From Orbicella franksi (lineage: Eukaryota), in NCBI GenBank assembly GCA_964199315.1, contig OZ116707.1:4650001-4714000 (forward strand): a stretch of 64,000 nucleotides of DNA, given 5' to 3'. The notes beneath the pieces are model-generated. The model did not search any database. It had not been told where the DNA came from and worked only from the letters and a program-made list of their open reading frames with translations. This document shows positions 13,001 through 27,284 of the stretch, piece by piece; the first letter of the stretch is position 1; every line of letters starts with the position of its first letter. The position numbers and the translations under genes were made by a program.

Positions 13001-14517
13001 AAAGGACATAAGACAGAACTGTTCTTGTCAACAATGAACAAACCTTACGATCCACAAGGACTGTACTGTGGCCTGTTTACAAGAAGGGAGGGTACCGTAT
13101 CAGTAGTGTTATCCTAGCCCAAGTTAACAAGTAAAATCAAATTTTGATTTCAAGCTCTTTATCATTCAGACACCATTTTTTTCTTGATTTTAGAACGCGT
13201 TTGAAGGCAAGACTATAAACAATTCTGCTCAAGGATATTTTAGTGACAGTAGCAACAAACATATCGGAAACTTACGCGCCAAACTAAATATAAACAATTT
13301 TGGTGATTAATTGTTGATCGTCAGTGTGTAGAACATATTTTGTGTCACGGAATTGAAATTAAATTGTTCAGGTAGCTGAGTTGTACCTATCCGAGTCTTT
13401 ACAAGGACAGCATATAACCCAGGTGCAAGGGTAGCATTCACGCTCAGCTGGGGTTTGTCATTGTAGTGCATTCTGGCTGCCTCATAAGCATGCCAATACA
13501 AAACAACACTTTCGAGTACTAGAGAAGTCTTATTGTTAGGATAACTGGCATTAGGGTTACCCTTCCTTTTTGTTAACAGACCCCTACGACGCCGACTACT
13601 CCCCTCTTGCTTGCCGCCAAAAACAATGTGTGAAAAATGGGCAGCAAAAGTTTGGCCACAATTTGTATTTTGCTTGTAAAATACTAAGATAACCGTGACA
13701 CCTGGGAATAAGCAGGGTTGTATTTGATTTTACAGTATTTGAGAATACTGCTAACTTAAGCTCAGTTGTCTGCCAACTCGACATTTTACATTGACAACAG
13801 ATGTAGTATCCGTCTCCGCATGCATGACTCAAAGGAGTGTTGTGTTACTACAGGCCTCTTGCGTTTCAACAGCAAAACCACCGTCATAAAATGTCAGTTA
13901 TCCTTGATGGTAAAGATACTTGATTCGAGAAAAATATGGCTTCAGAGACTGCATGCGGTGTCATTGGGGTAGGTTCGAGCTCTTGGTATGTATTGCGTTC
14001 ACTTTGGATCTGAATATAAGCTCCACACAATGAGCCAAGTTGTTTGTAAACATTACGCGGGCGGAATTAATATTTGCTATAATATTGAGCATAAAACTAC
14101 AAGAGTCACAAGCGAAATTAACCTGTTCAGCTCCTGAAAGTTGTCTTATAAAATCATAAATTATACACTAATAAGGATATAATGTTGTTTTCATTGCAAC
14201 TCATTCAGGAACGTTTGCGACAAGTATGTTTGTGTACTCTTGTCCCATGTGAAATCGACAGATTATCTGTTGACAACTGGTTTTCAAATTTTATCATTGT
14301 TTTAATGTTTTCACTCACAGGGCTTTCAATGGTTCCTAAATGATTTATCTAACTTAAGGGATAAATTAGTTGTAAGGTCAAGCCAGAAAATACAAGAGCT
14401 TATATATTTTTTTCCTTAACCACTAAGTTCAGCATCCATTTCATGTTCAAATTATCTGGTCATCTGTGAGTTGCACATGACAAACAACTTCGTTTTGCAG
14501 AGACAGAAGCGCATTGG

Positions 14518-15021
14518 GTTCGAGCTTGAGATTTGGAAGGATAACAGCTAAAGAACAAAACGTTTAGGCTATAGAGTTAAATTTCGAAAAACCAACGTAC
14601 CAGGAAGGGTTTTACCCACTCAAAATTAGCCAATATTTTGCCTCCTGTTAAGTGGTTGTCACACGCATTTTTAGGATGGCTTGAAAATTCAGAATATTGG
14701 AGCATTTGACATATTTGTTACATTAGACTTAAAGAGGAATAGCTATTCTATACCTGAGTAAACTTTAACAGTAATCGATTAAATTTCAAGACTTAACGAA
14801 TGCTTCGTCTTTCCGTGTTATTTGGGCCATTCCATTGGGCGGAAAATGCACTTTGACCGCATTTTCAAACTTTTGAATTTTTTTCGAAAATAAAAAAACG
14901 CTGGAACTTAAAATTATGATTTTTGAAAACAGTTCACCAAAGGGTATCTTGAGGCGAATTATGAACAATGTGCCAAAATAGTCGCTGTCGCAAGATTCTC
15001 AATGCTCTCAGGCAGGAGCTC
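14518..15021 (-). repeat. Right TIR of the Sola3 element
   Basis: Reverse complement of 6915-7425; also visible as the near-identical short ORFs 6941-7150(+) and 14786-14968(-). Confidence 0.85.
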
Positions 15022-18000
15022 TTAATGATAATGTTTGATTACATGTTATGATATGGTAGTGCGATATTTTTTTCCTTGAATCCCCTTCAACACAGAAAAA
15101 GAACCAATGTATCAAAGCTCTCAATATGTCAACCATGTATTGAACAGAGGAAAAGGGAGAGTACATGAAGTGCGTGGCCACCGAATACAAATTTTGTTAT
15201 CGAATTATGATTAGTATGTCGTGATATAAAGTTAAAAAATCCTAATCGATTTTCAAAAATTGATATGGCTCTGAACGTCTTTGATATACTTTTTTACTTT
15301 GTCAAAAGATGTATCATGATGCCATGCTGATCATAACTCAATAATAAAAATAGTTAGTAGCATTGGAAACTAAACATAAGGGTGTTTTTAACAGGTTCTA
15401 CTATTGCTATGGTAACCACTTATGTTGACAAAATGATCACAACTTGTTGCCCATTCACTGGGTATTTGTTTCATACCATTACTCTAATAGTAGCTGATAA
15501 GGGATGGACAACACAATGGAAAAACCGCTGCTCATGTGCAATAGATTTTGGGTCGTCTTCCAGCCTTTCCATTTTCAAAATGGTGGAGATGAATCAAAAA
15601 CGAACACATCATTGCAACAGCCCCCTGCAGCCATGTGCGTGTCCTGGGTCTTCAAAATTACTCGAGTTTCGGAATTCCACTTTCTACTGCCAAGTTTATA
15701 TGCAAAGCTTAGAGATCGGAGTAGGAATTGTGGCTCTAATTTGGTAATGAACGCTTTCTTTTGAGTGAAACTAAGTACCTTTACTACAAGCAATGTAAGA
15801 GTGGGTTTTTCTATTTCTTAAGCTCGCCTTAAACTCAGTAAGCTTGGGAAGAACACATTTTGCAGCCAAGTAATTTCTGGACAAAATATCAAAAATGACT
15901 TTTTTTCATTTCCATGAAAATTTTTTAATACCTTCTCAACATGGACTACAGCGTTGGAGTTTTGCCACAGAGAGTTGGAACTTTCTTTGCCTACTTGTGA
16001 GTGTAACACGCTCAGCTGAAATACTTTTCATTCGTACATTTAAGCTTTGTATTGTTGTTTTTGTGCTGTCAACATTCATATTGCACTGAATGATGTAGTT
16101 AACAATTATTTAATTTATCGAGAGTTTAAATGAGCGGTATATTGTTAATTGTTTGCAGTAGTGGGAATAAATTTCTGTTGTTCTCGTTATATTTTTGTTG
16201 TCCGTGTTGTGACTTTCCATTCATTAGCTGACTACTTCACGCCGAAATTGGCTACGACACAGCTGCAGGATATTATTAGCAGTAATTGATGTAATTGTTG
16301 CAGTGGTTGTTGCAAAGTGCAGTTTTTTTTTTGCCTAATTATTTTTTTCCACAAATGTTTTGTGTTAAGGGTCAATGAGCTCTTAGTAGCTGAGAAACCC
16401 ATTCAAACTGCTGGGGAAATTTGTAGCTATTTTCTGGGTCAGAAGCTAGGGCTTGCAGATATTTACAGGATGTTACCCTCTGTAAAAAAACATCAAGCTG
16501 AGCAAAAAATGCAAAATAATGCAAATTTTTGTTCCCTTTAATTTTTACAAAATGGCAACGCAGGGGAACCTTTGTAACCTGTCCTCAACATCTATTTCCC
16601 GTGTTTGATATTTTGTGCGATAATGTCTGGCGTGTAAACTGGAAACATTGATTTGTGAACATCATTTGACATCTGCTGATCAAGACAAACGGATTTGTGA
16701 AAAGGAACAGTACAAACCTTCCAAAAAGGTAAAACATTAAACAGTTGATGTAGGGAACCCAGTTAATTACACATATTTTTTTCCGATAGCATTCGCATTC
16801 TTCAATGGAAAGTCGCAGTACTCAACCTGAACGAAATGGTTCAAAAAATTGAAATGTTGGAAAAACACCACAGAAACGAAGAACAAAAAAACAAGATGTT
16901 GTGAAACAAACTCAAAGGTATATATTGGTTCTGTATTCTCACCTATTTGAGTATACAAAGAAGCTGATATTTGAAAAAACATCAACAAACAAAATGTTCA
17001 GTGATGACTTATCAAATAAATTGCATGTTAAAAAGTTGCAGACGTTGGTTGTCAGGACTTATAGCAAGAAAGGAACAAGAACATAAACAACCCTGGCAAG
17101 TGAACAACTCTTTACTTGCAAAGAGCTGAATTGTGGGTCCTTTAAGGAATACCAGAGACAGGGATAAAATTCAGTCTTAACAAAATAATCAATAAACAAC
17201 GAGTAAAATTGCTTACAAGTTAAAAGCCATGTCTTACTAGTTTAAACATTATATTTTAAACAAATCCAAATGTGTACCATTTAGCAAAGTACCTAATCAA
17301 GAAGTCAATTTGAAACTTCGACATCCACCCCCTCCCCTAGTTCCCTGAGCACTTGACCATTTGAGGAGTCCCAAATAGTGCTCAAATTCCTCACTTAAGA
17401 GTCATATTAGGTGAACAATGGAGGAGTGTTTAAATGTCTCTTTTTAGTCCATACACAAGGTTCTTATGAAAGCATCACAAAATAAATGAAGAAATCCATG
17501 ATATTTCCAGACTTAGAAGAGACAAACAATCCTTTGGAAAGCAATGTCAAGCTTGAAAACTTTGTTGAAGAGTTCGAAGCAGAAAAAGAGCTATCTGAGA
17601 AAAAAAAGAGGTATCATTTCATCAAGTAGAGCTGTGTAATTGCATTTGGTCAAAATCACACTGGAAAGCTTTCAACTGGGGCACATTTCTATTCTTGTTT
17701 TTCAGGTCCTGCAAGACTTTGCAATTACAAATTTCTGTGCTATAAAATCTTAAAAACAGAATAATAAACAAATGTGTCATGCACAAACAATTATTATTAT
17801 TATTATAATATTTGCAACAAAAATTGTAGCCAAAAATATTACATGCAGGCTTGCTTTTTTCTTCAGCTTCATTACCTTATATACCTTCCCTTATGCACCT
17901 TCCCTTATGCAGAGATTTGTATCATGATGGCTTATAATAGGAATTAGGTAAGGCCAGCACACATGCTATGTTATAATTTATGATTTAGCATAAACAATTG

Positions 18001-18149
18001 CTGTAGGTTTTGCTACAGAAAGAAAATGCACATTGCACTGACCAGCAAAGTCATGGTATTTACAGCAATGCCTTATAATTTATCCTAAATAATTATTTCC
18101 TAAAATGGGTAATATCAACTGTCCTTTTAAAACTGGTGCAACTCTCTTT

Positions 18150-18870
18150 CAGAGACACCTTTCCATGAGAAATTCCTCAATTTTCACCAACAACTAACAA
18201 AACATTATGACACTGAGGGAGCAAAGCTCTATGACCCTGAAGCAATGGAGGAATTCTGCAATAAGCATGTACCCGGTTTTTTTTACGAACTTGAAAGAGC
18301 TATCAGAAATGATGAAAAAGGACAAATTTCAGAACGGGGAGCCATCACTCAAAGGCAACAAGTTGTTGCAATGTTGCACCAGTTCTCTTATTTCAGGAAT
18401 CAAATAAGTTGGTAATGACTGTAAAGTTGTTTACATAGCCTTTAACACACCTGTAGAAAGCTGCCCACTCCCCTCAAGAAATATTGGGGGGTGGGCAGCT
18501 CCCCAAAGACCAGCTTTATCAATGTTGGATTATTTGTCATTTTATCATTGAACTAAACCAGAAAAATAATACATTGCAACAAGATTGTGGTGTCCACCTG
18601 TCCTTTCGTGGTGCCAGTGACGATGCCATAACAGCTGGAAGTCTACTAGGGTTTAGTACGCACCCCAGAAGCGTGTTCAACCACAAGAAATCTCGGGCAA
18701 TGAGAAGCACTAGCAACACTGACACCATCATTAAAAGTGCCATCGAGGTATAGTGTCAAACTTTACTATCACCAATTACAAGTACAGTGTACCGTCATCT
18801 AACAGGATTACTGAAAGAGCAGAACTGCCTAAGCAGAAATTGCTCAACCAGCTGGGATGATTTTCATACC
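18150..18870 (+). pseudogene. Spliced transposase-like ORF remnant of unresolved family
   Basis: Exon-like frames ...VAMLHQFSYFRNQ | KNNTLQQDCGVHLSFRGASDDAITAGSLLGFS...IKSAIE | ...WDDFH with GT-AG boundaries; family not assignable by eye. Confidence 0.35.
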
Positions 18871-21153
18871 AAGTCTTTACATTACACAAAAACTCTGATG
18901 AACAGTCTACAACTTGGCTAGTTCAACAAGTTTCATGTATTATGATATCACCAAACTGGAGTCAATTCTCGAGTAATGGGGCATAAAATTAAATCTCAAT
19001 ATATACAATACAGGTAACTTGAGTAAACAGATAAGTTCACATGAAGTGCAAAGGGTCAACTCTCAGGTTACATTTCAATGTACATTGTATTAGTTAAAAT
19101 TCAAACAAAACAATGTACACTGTATAAATAAATAAATAAACAAATAAATAAATAGTCAGAGACTAAAACAGCCTCTCCCGTTTTTCTTTCTAAGAGGATA
19201 ACAAATTTCTTCTGCTAATAATAGACAACTTCCATTGCATCCACACCATTAAAGACCCCAAACTGGCAAGAATTAGTGAAAGCGTACACAATAAAATATA
19301 AAAAATATGAGGAAGACCATTGCTTATTATAGCCTAAAATATAACCGTTTCACATGTAACAGTTACTGCTAAAAGTCCACAAGTTGTAAAACTCTGGTAG
19401 TTCTTCGTCAACAATCTCATCACATGCTCCTACTGGAACAACTGAACCAGAGGCTTAAGTAACTGAATTACACAACCTAACAAAGGAAGTAGAGGCATGG
19501 GAAGGAGAACTGACAACATTGTCACTGCCTGTTGCTAGAGTGGCATCCTTTTGTTCTATATTCTCCCTGCTGGTGAGCAGTCTAACACAAAGACGGCAAA
19601 TCCCGCACAGGTGTTTTACATGTACAAAATCCCATTGGTGGCCCTTCTTAACCACATCTCTCTTCACAAATTTGAAATCATGCATGGTGATGTCAGGAAA
19701 TTTCTGGCTGAAGATCCCTTTCTAGTTCTCTTCTGATGTTTTCTTCTTTATGATTACTGACAAGGTCAAATTCTCCTTTCAGCAGGACCATATCATCAGC
19801 AACAGGATAATCTTCAAATTCTCCATTGGTGTCAATCTCAGCCTCCTTGCTTGGCTTATCCAAAAGCCAAACAGTTTTGGACTGCTCTTTATCTTTGCTA
19901 GCTTACTTTTTTTCAAACCTCCAAAAGTGACAAGGATTCTGGTCTCACTTAGGGTGTTGATGACAAAACGTTACCATTCTTAGCGGTCACAGAATCCTTC
20001 AGTGTGTACTTCGCCTCCCACTCTCTGGATGACATCATGGTATGTGGCTTGAAACAGTGCTCTGGCAGTAGCAGCTGCAAGCAGCACAAAATGAAATTAA
20101 TCTTCAAGCTGGAAACACTTCGACTGAACGGACTGAACATTTTTGGGGGGTTCCTTTACCTTTATTTCCTTACTACATATAATTTTAACTCTTAACTTAC
20201 GCTACATACAACACTTGCGGCTAACTACCTTACTACCACTAATAATAATACTATATATTTACAGTAGTTACACGACTCACAATACTTGTGGTGATTTAAA
20301 AAGACAGAACGTTACATTGTTTTCGGTGCTTACAATGTGATATACACCTGTAACTAGACTCTGAACTAACATACTGTGATAAATAGTATAACTGATCTAC
20401 AGGGTATATTCTATTTAATTGCCATGATGAAAAAATATACGAGTTTTTTTATAGATTGCAGAAAGTAAAGGACAAATTGAAGAAAACGAAACCTTCTATT
20501 TTCTATTTTAGTTTCCGGACAAAAACATCCCAATCACATTCAAGTTGGTTGATTTTCTGGAAATGAAAGTAGCATTTGGCATAGAGGGGGCAAAAATTTA
20601 GTTTTTTGATTCTATTATCGTTATCGCTAGCTGTTCCGAAGAGTATTTCTTCCGAGTTCAGTTTGATGGAAGTGTTTTCCTTTCCATTAAACCAGCATAG
20701 CACTTTCTGGAGAAAGTCGAGTGCAATATGACAACCTAGGAAAGAGTGAAGTAAATAGTTGCCATCCCTGCAGTAATGACAACTCTTGTTGTCTTCAATT
20801 CTGTATAAATATGATTCTTTTTTTGTGGTGACAATATGATGAGCAAGTTTGAAAAAAAATTCTTTTAATTTATTTCGCTTACTGATTGACTTTGTCTGCT
20901 TAAAAATTGTGCTCCAGGAGAGAGTGAACTGAGGAAGGTAACGGACTGAACATTAACTTTAATTTCTTGTTGCTTTTGGTCTAGTGCATATTACACATAC
21001 ATGCACTAAAACAATGGTTTTCATACTTCACAGCGTGCCTTTGTTTGCTTTGTACTTCACGGGCACGCTTTCCGTGCATGCATACGAGTACAGTTTTTTT
21101 TATGGTGTGGCTCAATCATTCCACCTACTGAAGAAGGGCTAAGCCTACAACGT

Positions 21154-22130
21154 TTAGATTACCAGTGAATAATTGATACTTTTAAGAGCCTTCTCAACCT
21201 TGTTTCTAATTTTCCATGGCCTGATGTGAAGATACGATGGTGAGACATTTAAGGAAGAAGATGAAAAGTCATCATTGTCGTCATAATCATTGTTGTTGTT
21301 GTCCTTGCTGTCATCATCACCCTCACTGTCATCTTCATCTTTTTCACTTTGTTGTGCAGTATCTGTTGTTTCATCTTCATCACTGTCGTCACCAATTTCC
21401 TCCAGCACTACATCATCTCTGTATTATTCATCTGAATCTTCATCCTCGCCATCATCTTCTTCATTGTTTACTGCATCATTGTTAACTGTTGATCTTGCAA
21501 TGTGGGCATCAACAATGTCTACTTTGTCCTGTTTCAATGTGCTCCTTGAACAACTGATACCATGTTTGTCCAGGTAAAGATCAAGAGAGGAGACTTTCAA
21601 CTTTCTAAGCTGCCCTTCCCCATACATGAGTATCCAATTGTATTCATCATATGTTTTTCTTCTTTCTTCCCTTTGAAACCTTTTACTTGATTCTTCACGT
21701 TTTTTTCTCTTGAACTTCTGATCTTCAAGATGGCAGACATAATTCTTGACAAGATGATCTTTTACTATGTATTCTTTGCTGAATCTCTGAATGGCACTTG
21801 GTTCATTTAGTAATCCTTTCAAGAGAAATACATGCCTAGTTGGTAAAGTAGGTTTCTGTAAATATTATAATGCTTTTGATGTTAAAAAAGAAATATATTT
21901 TATGTTATTGTCACGTTTGTCGGTATTCATGTTACCTTCATTAAACAATTTCCACAGCTGAGCCCTTGGTTGAAAATCATCCACAGTTCTGTCGTTTGCT
22001 GGAGCGTCCTCGCATGCCAGTTAAAAACCAAGCTGGTTTCCACAAGATCAAAGTTAACTGACCTTGGAAGGAAAGCCTTGAATCTCTTTCAGGTAGATTT
22101 TGGAGCCTTCAAGAGAAAATCGTGATCAAA
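21154..22130 (-). pseudogene. C-terminal remnant of a transposon-associated protein with an acidic tail
   Basis: Frames CEDAPANDRTVDDFQPRAQL, AIQRFSKEYIVKDHLVKNYVCHL and YDEYNW..GQLRKLKVSSLDLYLDKH, then a D/E-rich low-complexity tail. Confidence 0.4.
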
Positions 22131-23164
22131 AAAAATGGAACAAACACCGTGTGGCAAAACATAAGGCTATGCGTACCTCTCAGAGGACGTCAGAAGTTAT
22201 GAAATAGATCGCCCCTAGATTAGACGAGGACTCTCGCTGTGAAAAAAGTCATATAATGAGAGAGCTTGTTTTCAAATTGAACAAAAGAGAGAAGAAATGG
22301 GTGGAGTTATTGGTATGCCAACATGATACAGCTTGGCTTAGCAGTGGTGCAAGGGACTACCTCTCGAGCCTACTAGGCAAAAATGGAGGCAATGCTGCAA
22401 CCAGTACCAGTAGTTACCACGGCAACGACAATGAAGGTGATGATCTGAATTATGATGATGATGGTGATGACGACGGATACAATGATGACAATGACTGCAG
22501 TGTTTTTGAATGACCAGCCGAATCAGTCCAGTGCAGGAGAATACTTCAGATGACCATTATGGCCCATACTGGGATAATTCCCCAACTTGCACACCATACC
22601 TGGATCATGTGTCAGACTAACTGTCAGAAGTTTTCTATATTATTTAATTCTCCAAGAAAATATTGTTTCTGTTCAAAACGTAGAGCATATTATTAGGTAT
22701 CATTAGTTATAAGCAATGTGTGGTGCATGTGCGCAAGTCAGAAATGGAACTTTTGCAGTTTTTACCTGCTACAGATCATGATATCTTCTCATGTGTTGTA
22801 TTTTCAAATTTGTACAAACTTTGTACAACAAATGAATCATGTAAGAAACCAACACAAATATGAAGTGTTTCATTGAACAGTTATGCCTTTAATAAAGACC
22901 TTTTGTATTCATAATACATGTACTTTTATTATAGGCCTGAATTTCACTTTTCATGCTGCAACCAGTGACAAATTGAAATCCACGGGGTAGAGTGATCCAA
23001 ATCAAGAGAACTCTGAGTTCAAAGACTCATGGTAAATACTTATAATCTCAAAAAATCGTAGCCCTCCCCTCAATGAATTTTTTTTAAAATAGCCCCCCCA
23101 AAGTGGAGCTCAAAAAGTAGTGACCCTTCCCCAAATATAGTGGCACTCCCCCCCAGTAAATAAT

Positions 23165-24270
23165 GACCTGTCCCTAAGAGGATTGGAAGCTGACTCCTTG
23201 TACATTTCAAATATCTTTTTAAAGTTCAGGCATGCCATCAGCTCCCTTTGTTGCGAATCAGGCATTCTATTTGAAAGGGCATCTACCATTTCTCGAAACC
23301 AGAGTTCTGTCTCGATAAAATGCCTGGATTCAAATGTCATGCCTTTTCTGGCATGGACGTGGCTACTGAGTCACTTGATGGCCCAGTCATTCTTCCATTT
23401 GTGAAATCTAAGGCAATTGAAAATCAAACAATTTGCACAGCCAAGTCAATTGTTCAAAGAATCACCATTAGACACAAAAGCTAGCTAGGTTTGTTATGTG
23501 AGTAGTATAAAACACACTCGACAGATCCATCCTTTTCCTTGACACAGTAACCTTAATCTGATGTCGAAAAGATTTATAAACTGTATGTCACTTAGCTTAC
23601 CTACAAGCCTCAAGCAATTTATGCACAAACGTTTCAAATCCTGAGAACCGTAAGATGTCCCTTATTACAAATAAAAGGGCCAACAGCGATGCAACCATAC
23701 CTTCCATTTGATATTCCATGACTCCTAAGCCATGCTTTCTGACAGACTTTCTTGTGCTTGACATCGTACTCGTACATATGCTTGCCATTTTCCATTCTTT
23801 GGCTTATTTTGAAAAAGTTCATCAGCCATTCTCCTTGTTTATTTTACTTGTTTTTAAGAAAGTTTTCGCGTGACTCATTGATATCTTCATCGCTTAAAAC
23901 AGCTGTCAGGCATTTCTTTTGGCAGCAATTTTTTTGGCTTGCAGTTATTTCCCTCAGCCTGCGCTTACGTATTTTCCTGGTTGTCGCACTCGTGACAACT
24001 TGTACCAGCTCATTTGCAGCTGGTTTCCTAATATTGTCTTACAAGTAAACATGCAGTGATATAAATAATCGCCAGCATTTACTTACACTCAACACTCAAA
24101 CCTAACTTGTAATCATATGATTATTGCATATTTTTACAATCATATTTTTCTTTTGTAACATCCTAGAGAAAACATTATATTCAGAAAGCAGTTTATCTAC
24201 CTGGTGAACTTCATCAAAACTGTGATCGATTGCTGTTTCTGGAAGAAAACCTACAACTTCTCCGTTTTCC
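23165..24270 (-). pseudogene. N-terminal remnant of a Sola1-like transposase
   Basis: Spliced frames NCCQKKCL...YEYDVKHKKVCQKAWLRSHGISNGR | ...WFREMVDALSNRMPDSQQRELMACLNFKKIFEMY, resembling the CC..C / VCxxxF/W region of Sola1-type proteins; no DDE core seen. Confidence 0.4.
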
Positions 24271-27200
24271 TGCAAGAATGATAACAGTAACCAGTGGTTT
24301 CATTTCTTACTCCGGTTACACAGTCTACATCTACCATTTAATAGAAACATACTTGTTCAAACACGTGCAAACCAAAACCAACTGGAAGGGAAAATAATCA
24401 TATAGGATTGCTTCATTCAGATAGCTTGCAAAGTGCTGGACAAGACAAGAGAAGAAAAGACGAGACTTTACTGCTCTTAAGCTGAAAGTTTTACACATTA
24501 AGCTGTGAAGATTACAACTGCTATACCTCTTCGTAATCCTCATCAGTCTCCAAATCACTGTCATCAGGAAAGGTAACATGGTTACATGCTCCTCCACACA
24601 AACAACTTTGGTTGTTATTGGTGGGTATCTGCAAGCAAACGTCCATTTAATCTTATTTCAAATAAACCTCCAGTCTTTGCAAGTCCCTTTCATTCGTCTG
24701 CTCCCTTTCCCTTCAATTCACAAATCCTCATACTGGGTTATCCTATTATTGCTCAATGATGGTTAAAAAAAACAACAACAAGAACAAAAATAAAACTGGA
24801 CAGAACAATAGCAACAACACGGAAATGTATCATTTCATATTTGTGGCTGAAACTATAAATGTTCATCCCAACTTGTAGTCTCCTTTGTAGCCTTCGTTTG
24901 GGCTTGTCGCCCAAAAATGGTCAGCCGGAGGAAATGTTGCGTGACGAGCTCAAATGCTGGCTGCAAAAGTGACAACCCAATAACGCACTGGTAGAAACAT
25001 TTCTTGGGGTAGTTTTGTTCATGTGTTCATCAAATATTTGTACCTTAGGTTTTTTCCGTCCTCCGCCACAAAGTCTTAAAATGGCTGGTGAGCTCTTGTT
25101 ATTTTCAATTACCTGTGAAAAAATTCAATACTTGGTTACAGAAATGTTTGCTTGTATGAAAAGTAGTGCCACTCAGCTACTTACATCCTTGTCTCTGTGA
25201 AGTGCTCCTAAGGCTATATCTGTGAGAACTTCATTGTCTTCGTCATTGCCTTGTTTTTCTCCTCCTCCTCCTGGTCCTTTTTCCTCGCTTGACCTTTCGC
25301 ATAACACACTTCTGTCTGTGCTGGTGGTATTACTGATGTATGTCTCATTTTCTCAAACAGTTTTTTGTTTAAAGATAAACAACAAAGCGAACAATGAAAG
25401 CACCGCATATACCATCAATCAGAGCAAAAGGGAAAGACAAACAAAGCTAGATTTTAAAGGCGACATAACTCTTCTTTCCTCTCACGATCTTGATGTCGGA
25501 CTGAGGAGTTAGGATTTCCCACGATGTGTTTTAGAATTTGGTGGGCTTTTTTCATGTGACTTGTGGTAATGAATGAATGAACGAATATTTTAATCTGGAA
25601 TGTAATCTGGAATGTAGACTACAAGATAAATGTTCGCATGTAGAGTGGCTTATTGTGCTGGCAGGAAATACTCGTAAAATTTGCTCATTCTACTCGGACA
25701 CTTCAACTCTGCTTGAATTTTGCTTAGTAGCCAAAACACTGCTTTTTGGCTATTGCTGTATTTTCGCATATACGGAAGGGAGGCGGGGATAAACCAATAA
25801 ATACTATCTGAAAATTCATTATGCATACAGCAAAACTGTAATTCATCTTAATTTATGCTTTACACCATTCATGTTAGTATCTTACCAAAAAAGAACATGT
25901 AACAAACAGAGATACGAAACTTTCAACTTGTGCAATATATTTAATGATTTCCCTTCTTCTTTCCATATTATGCTTATTTTCATCCCACATGGAAGAAAAT
26001 TAGGGTTTATAGAGTGACATGGCAAGCTTCTTTGAGGAAAGATTTTCATTTTTCTGTGGTAATGTAATTTCTGCCGTTTGCTTATTGCGTTTCAGCAGTT
26101 GACTTGCGGTGAATTTTGTGGTGATAAATCGAAACAGTAGTTTGTGTATGAAAAACCACGCTACTTTGAACGATGAAGGAAAAACAGCACAAACTAAAAC
26201 TTCTGTGTTAGGCATTTTGCCATCTTTTTTACTCAAATTTGACTGAAGTCCAATTATTTTTGTGTGAAACAGTTGCCGAAAAAATGAAATCTTGCAGTTT
26301 TGTTCAATCCATTTTATCTACTGGGTTTAGTTAAACACGATCACTGACGTGACCTTTTCATCTTGCTTTTCGCTGAGAAAATGTTGTTTTGAAGTTTTAA
26401 TCTGACAACCCAGTCAAGTACGCAACCATACGCACAGAACTGCTTTAGGGAGGATACATTTCAGAGGCGATCGTGTTACATTTCCGGTTGTGAAAAAGCG
26501 GCCGAAAAACCTCAATCTCGTATACCTGTTGACTGTCACACGATCTCTCGTCAACTCATGTTTAGCCTACGTTGCAAGCGTTCCCGTATAAAGAAGCTTA
26601 AAGAGCTTTTCTGCATTCTAGGCTGTGCATAAATTGGAGTGAGAAGAAAACTTAGACAAACTCATGTTGATCAATCAATGCGTGATAAGTGCATATCGAA
26701 AAATCAGTAACTGATTTGCTCTTACATGTACATCACTTTTGACGGGAGGTCATTATTTCTTGCCGCACTATTTGCCATAGGCAAATAAAAAAAGTCTGAC
26801 TGACAATTTTTTTGGCATTATAAGTGTTATTCTCACCATGTTTAACTTGGGCTGTGTGAGAATTCATCTATCTTCCAGATTGTCAGACAATGTGCACGAA
26901 AATCTGTAGAAGTGAATTCTCACGCAGTTTTCAATGTGGCGACTACAACATCTATCACGCAGAGCTGCGTGTTTGTCTGCAAACGCGGTTCTGCAGAATA
27001 ATAAGGTTTGTGGGCAAGCATTTCCTTCCTCCCTTCTCCCCTCCTTCCTCACGTCTTTGTTTTGCTACTGCCCTATTTGGCGCACATCAAAAATTTGGAA
27101 ATCTGCTTTCAAGCACCGAAAACTCTACAGAAACACTACCAAGCAAGTTACAGATCTGCTTTGGATATTCTTTGTCCTAATGGAATTACCTAAATGAGAA

Positions 27201-27284
27201 AGGCTTTGGTCTCTGATCAAGCCAAGATCTTAACAACAGCAAAAATTAGTCAACACTGACCTGTGTTAAGTTCTTTTATTATAT

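Larger units (their letters stand above)
6915..15021 (+). mobile_element. Sola3 DNA transposon, full-length boundaries, inactive
   Basis: TTAA TSD at 6911-6914 and 15022-15025; termini GAGCTCCTGCCTGAGAGCATTGAGAAT / ATTCTCAATGCTCTCAGGCAGGAGCTC; ~500-bp imperfect TIRs; DDE-type transposase inside. GAG..CTC ends, TTAA TSD and long TIRs are the described Sola3 hallmarks. Confidence 0.85.

Noticed and set aside
15220-15520. Repeat-like segment (TTGCTATGGTAACC) right after the Sola3 TSD as a TIR
   Set aside because: No matching inverted partner found in the window.
21237-21577. His-rich and Ser-rich ORFs (+)
   Set aside because: Antisense readings of the GAT/GAC-rich acidic tail on the minus strand.
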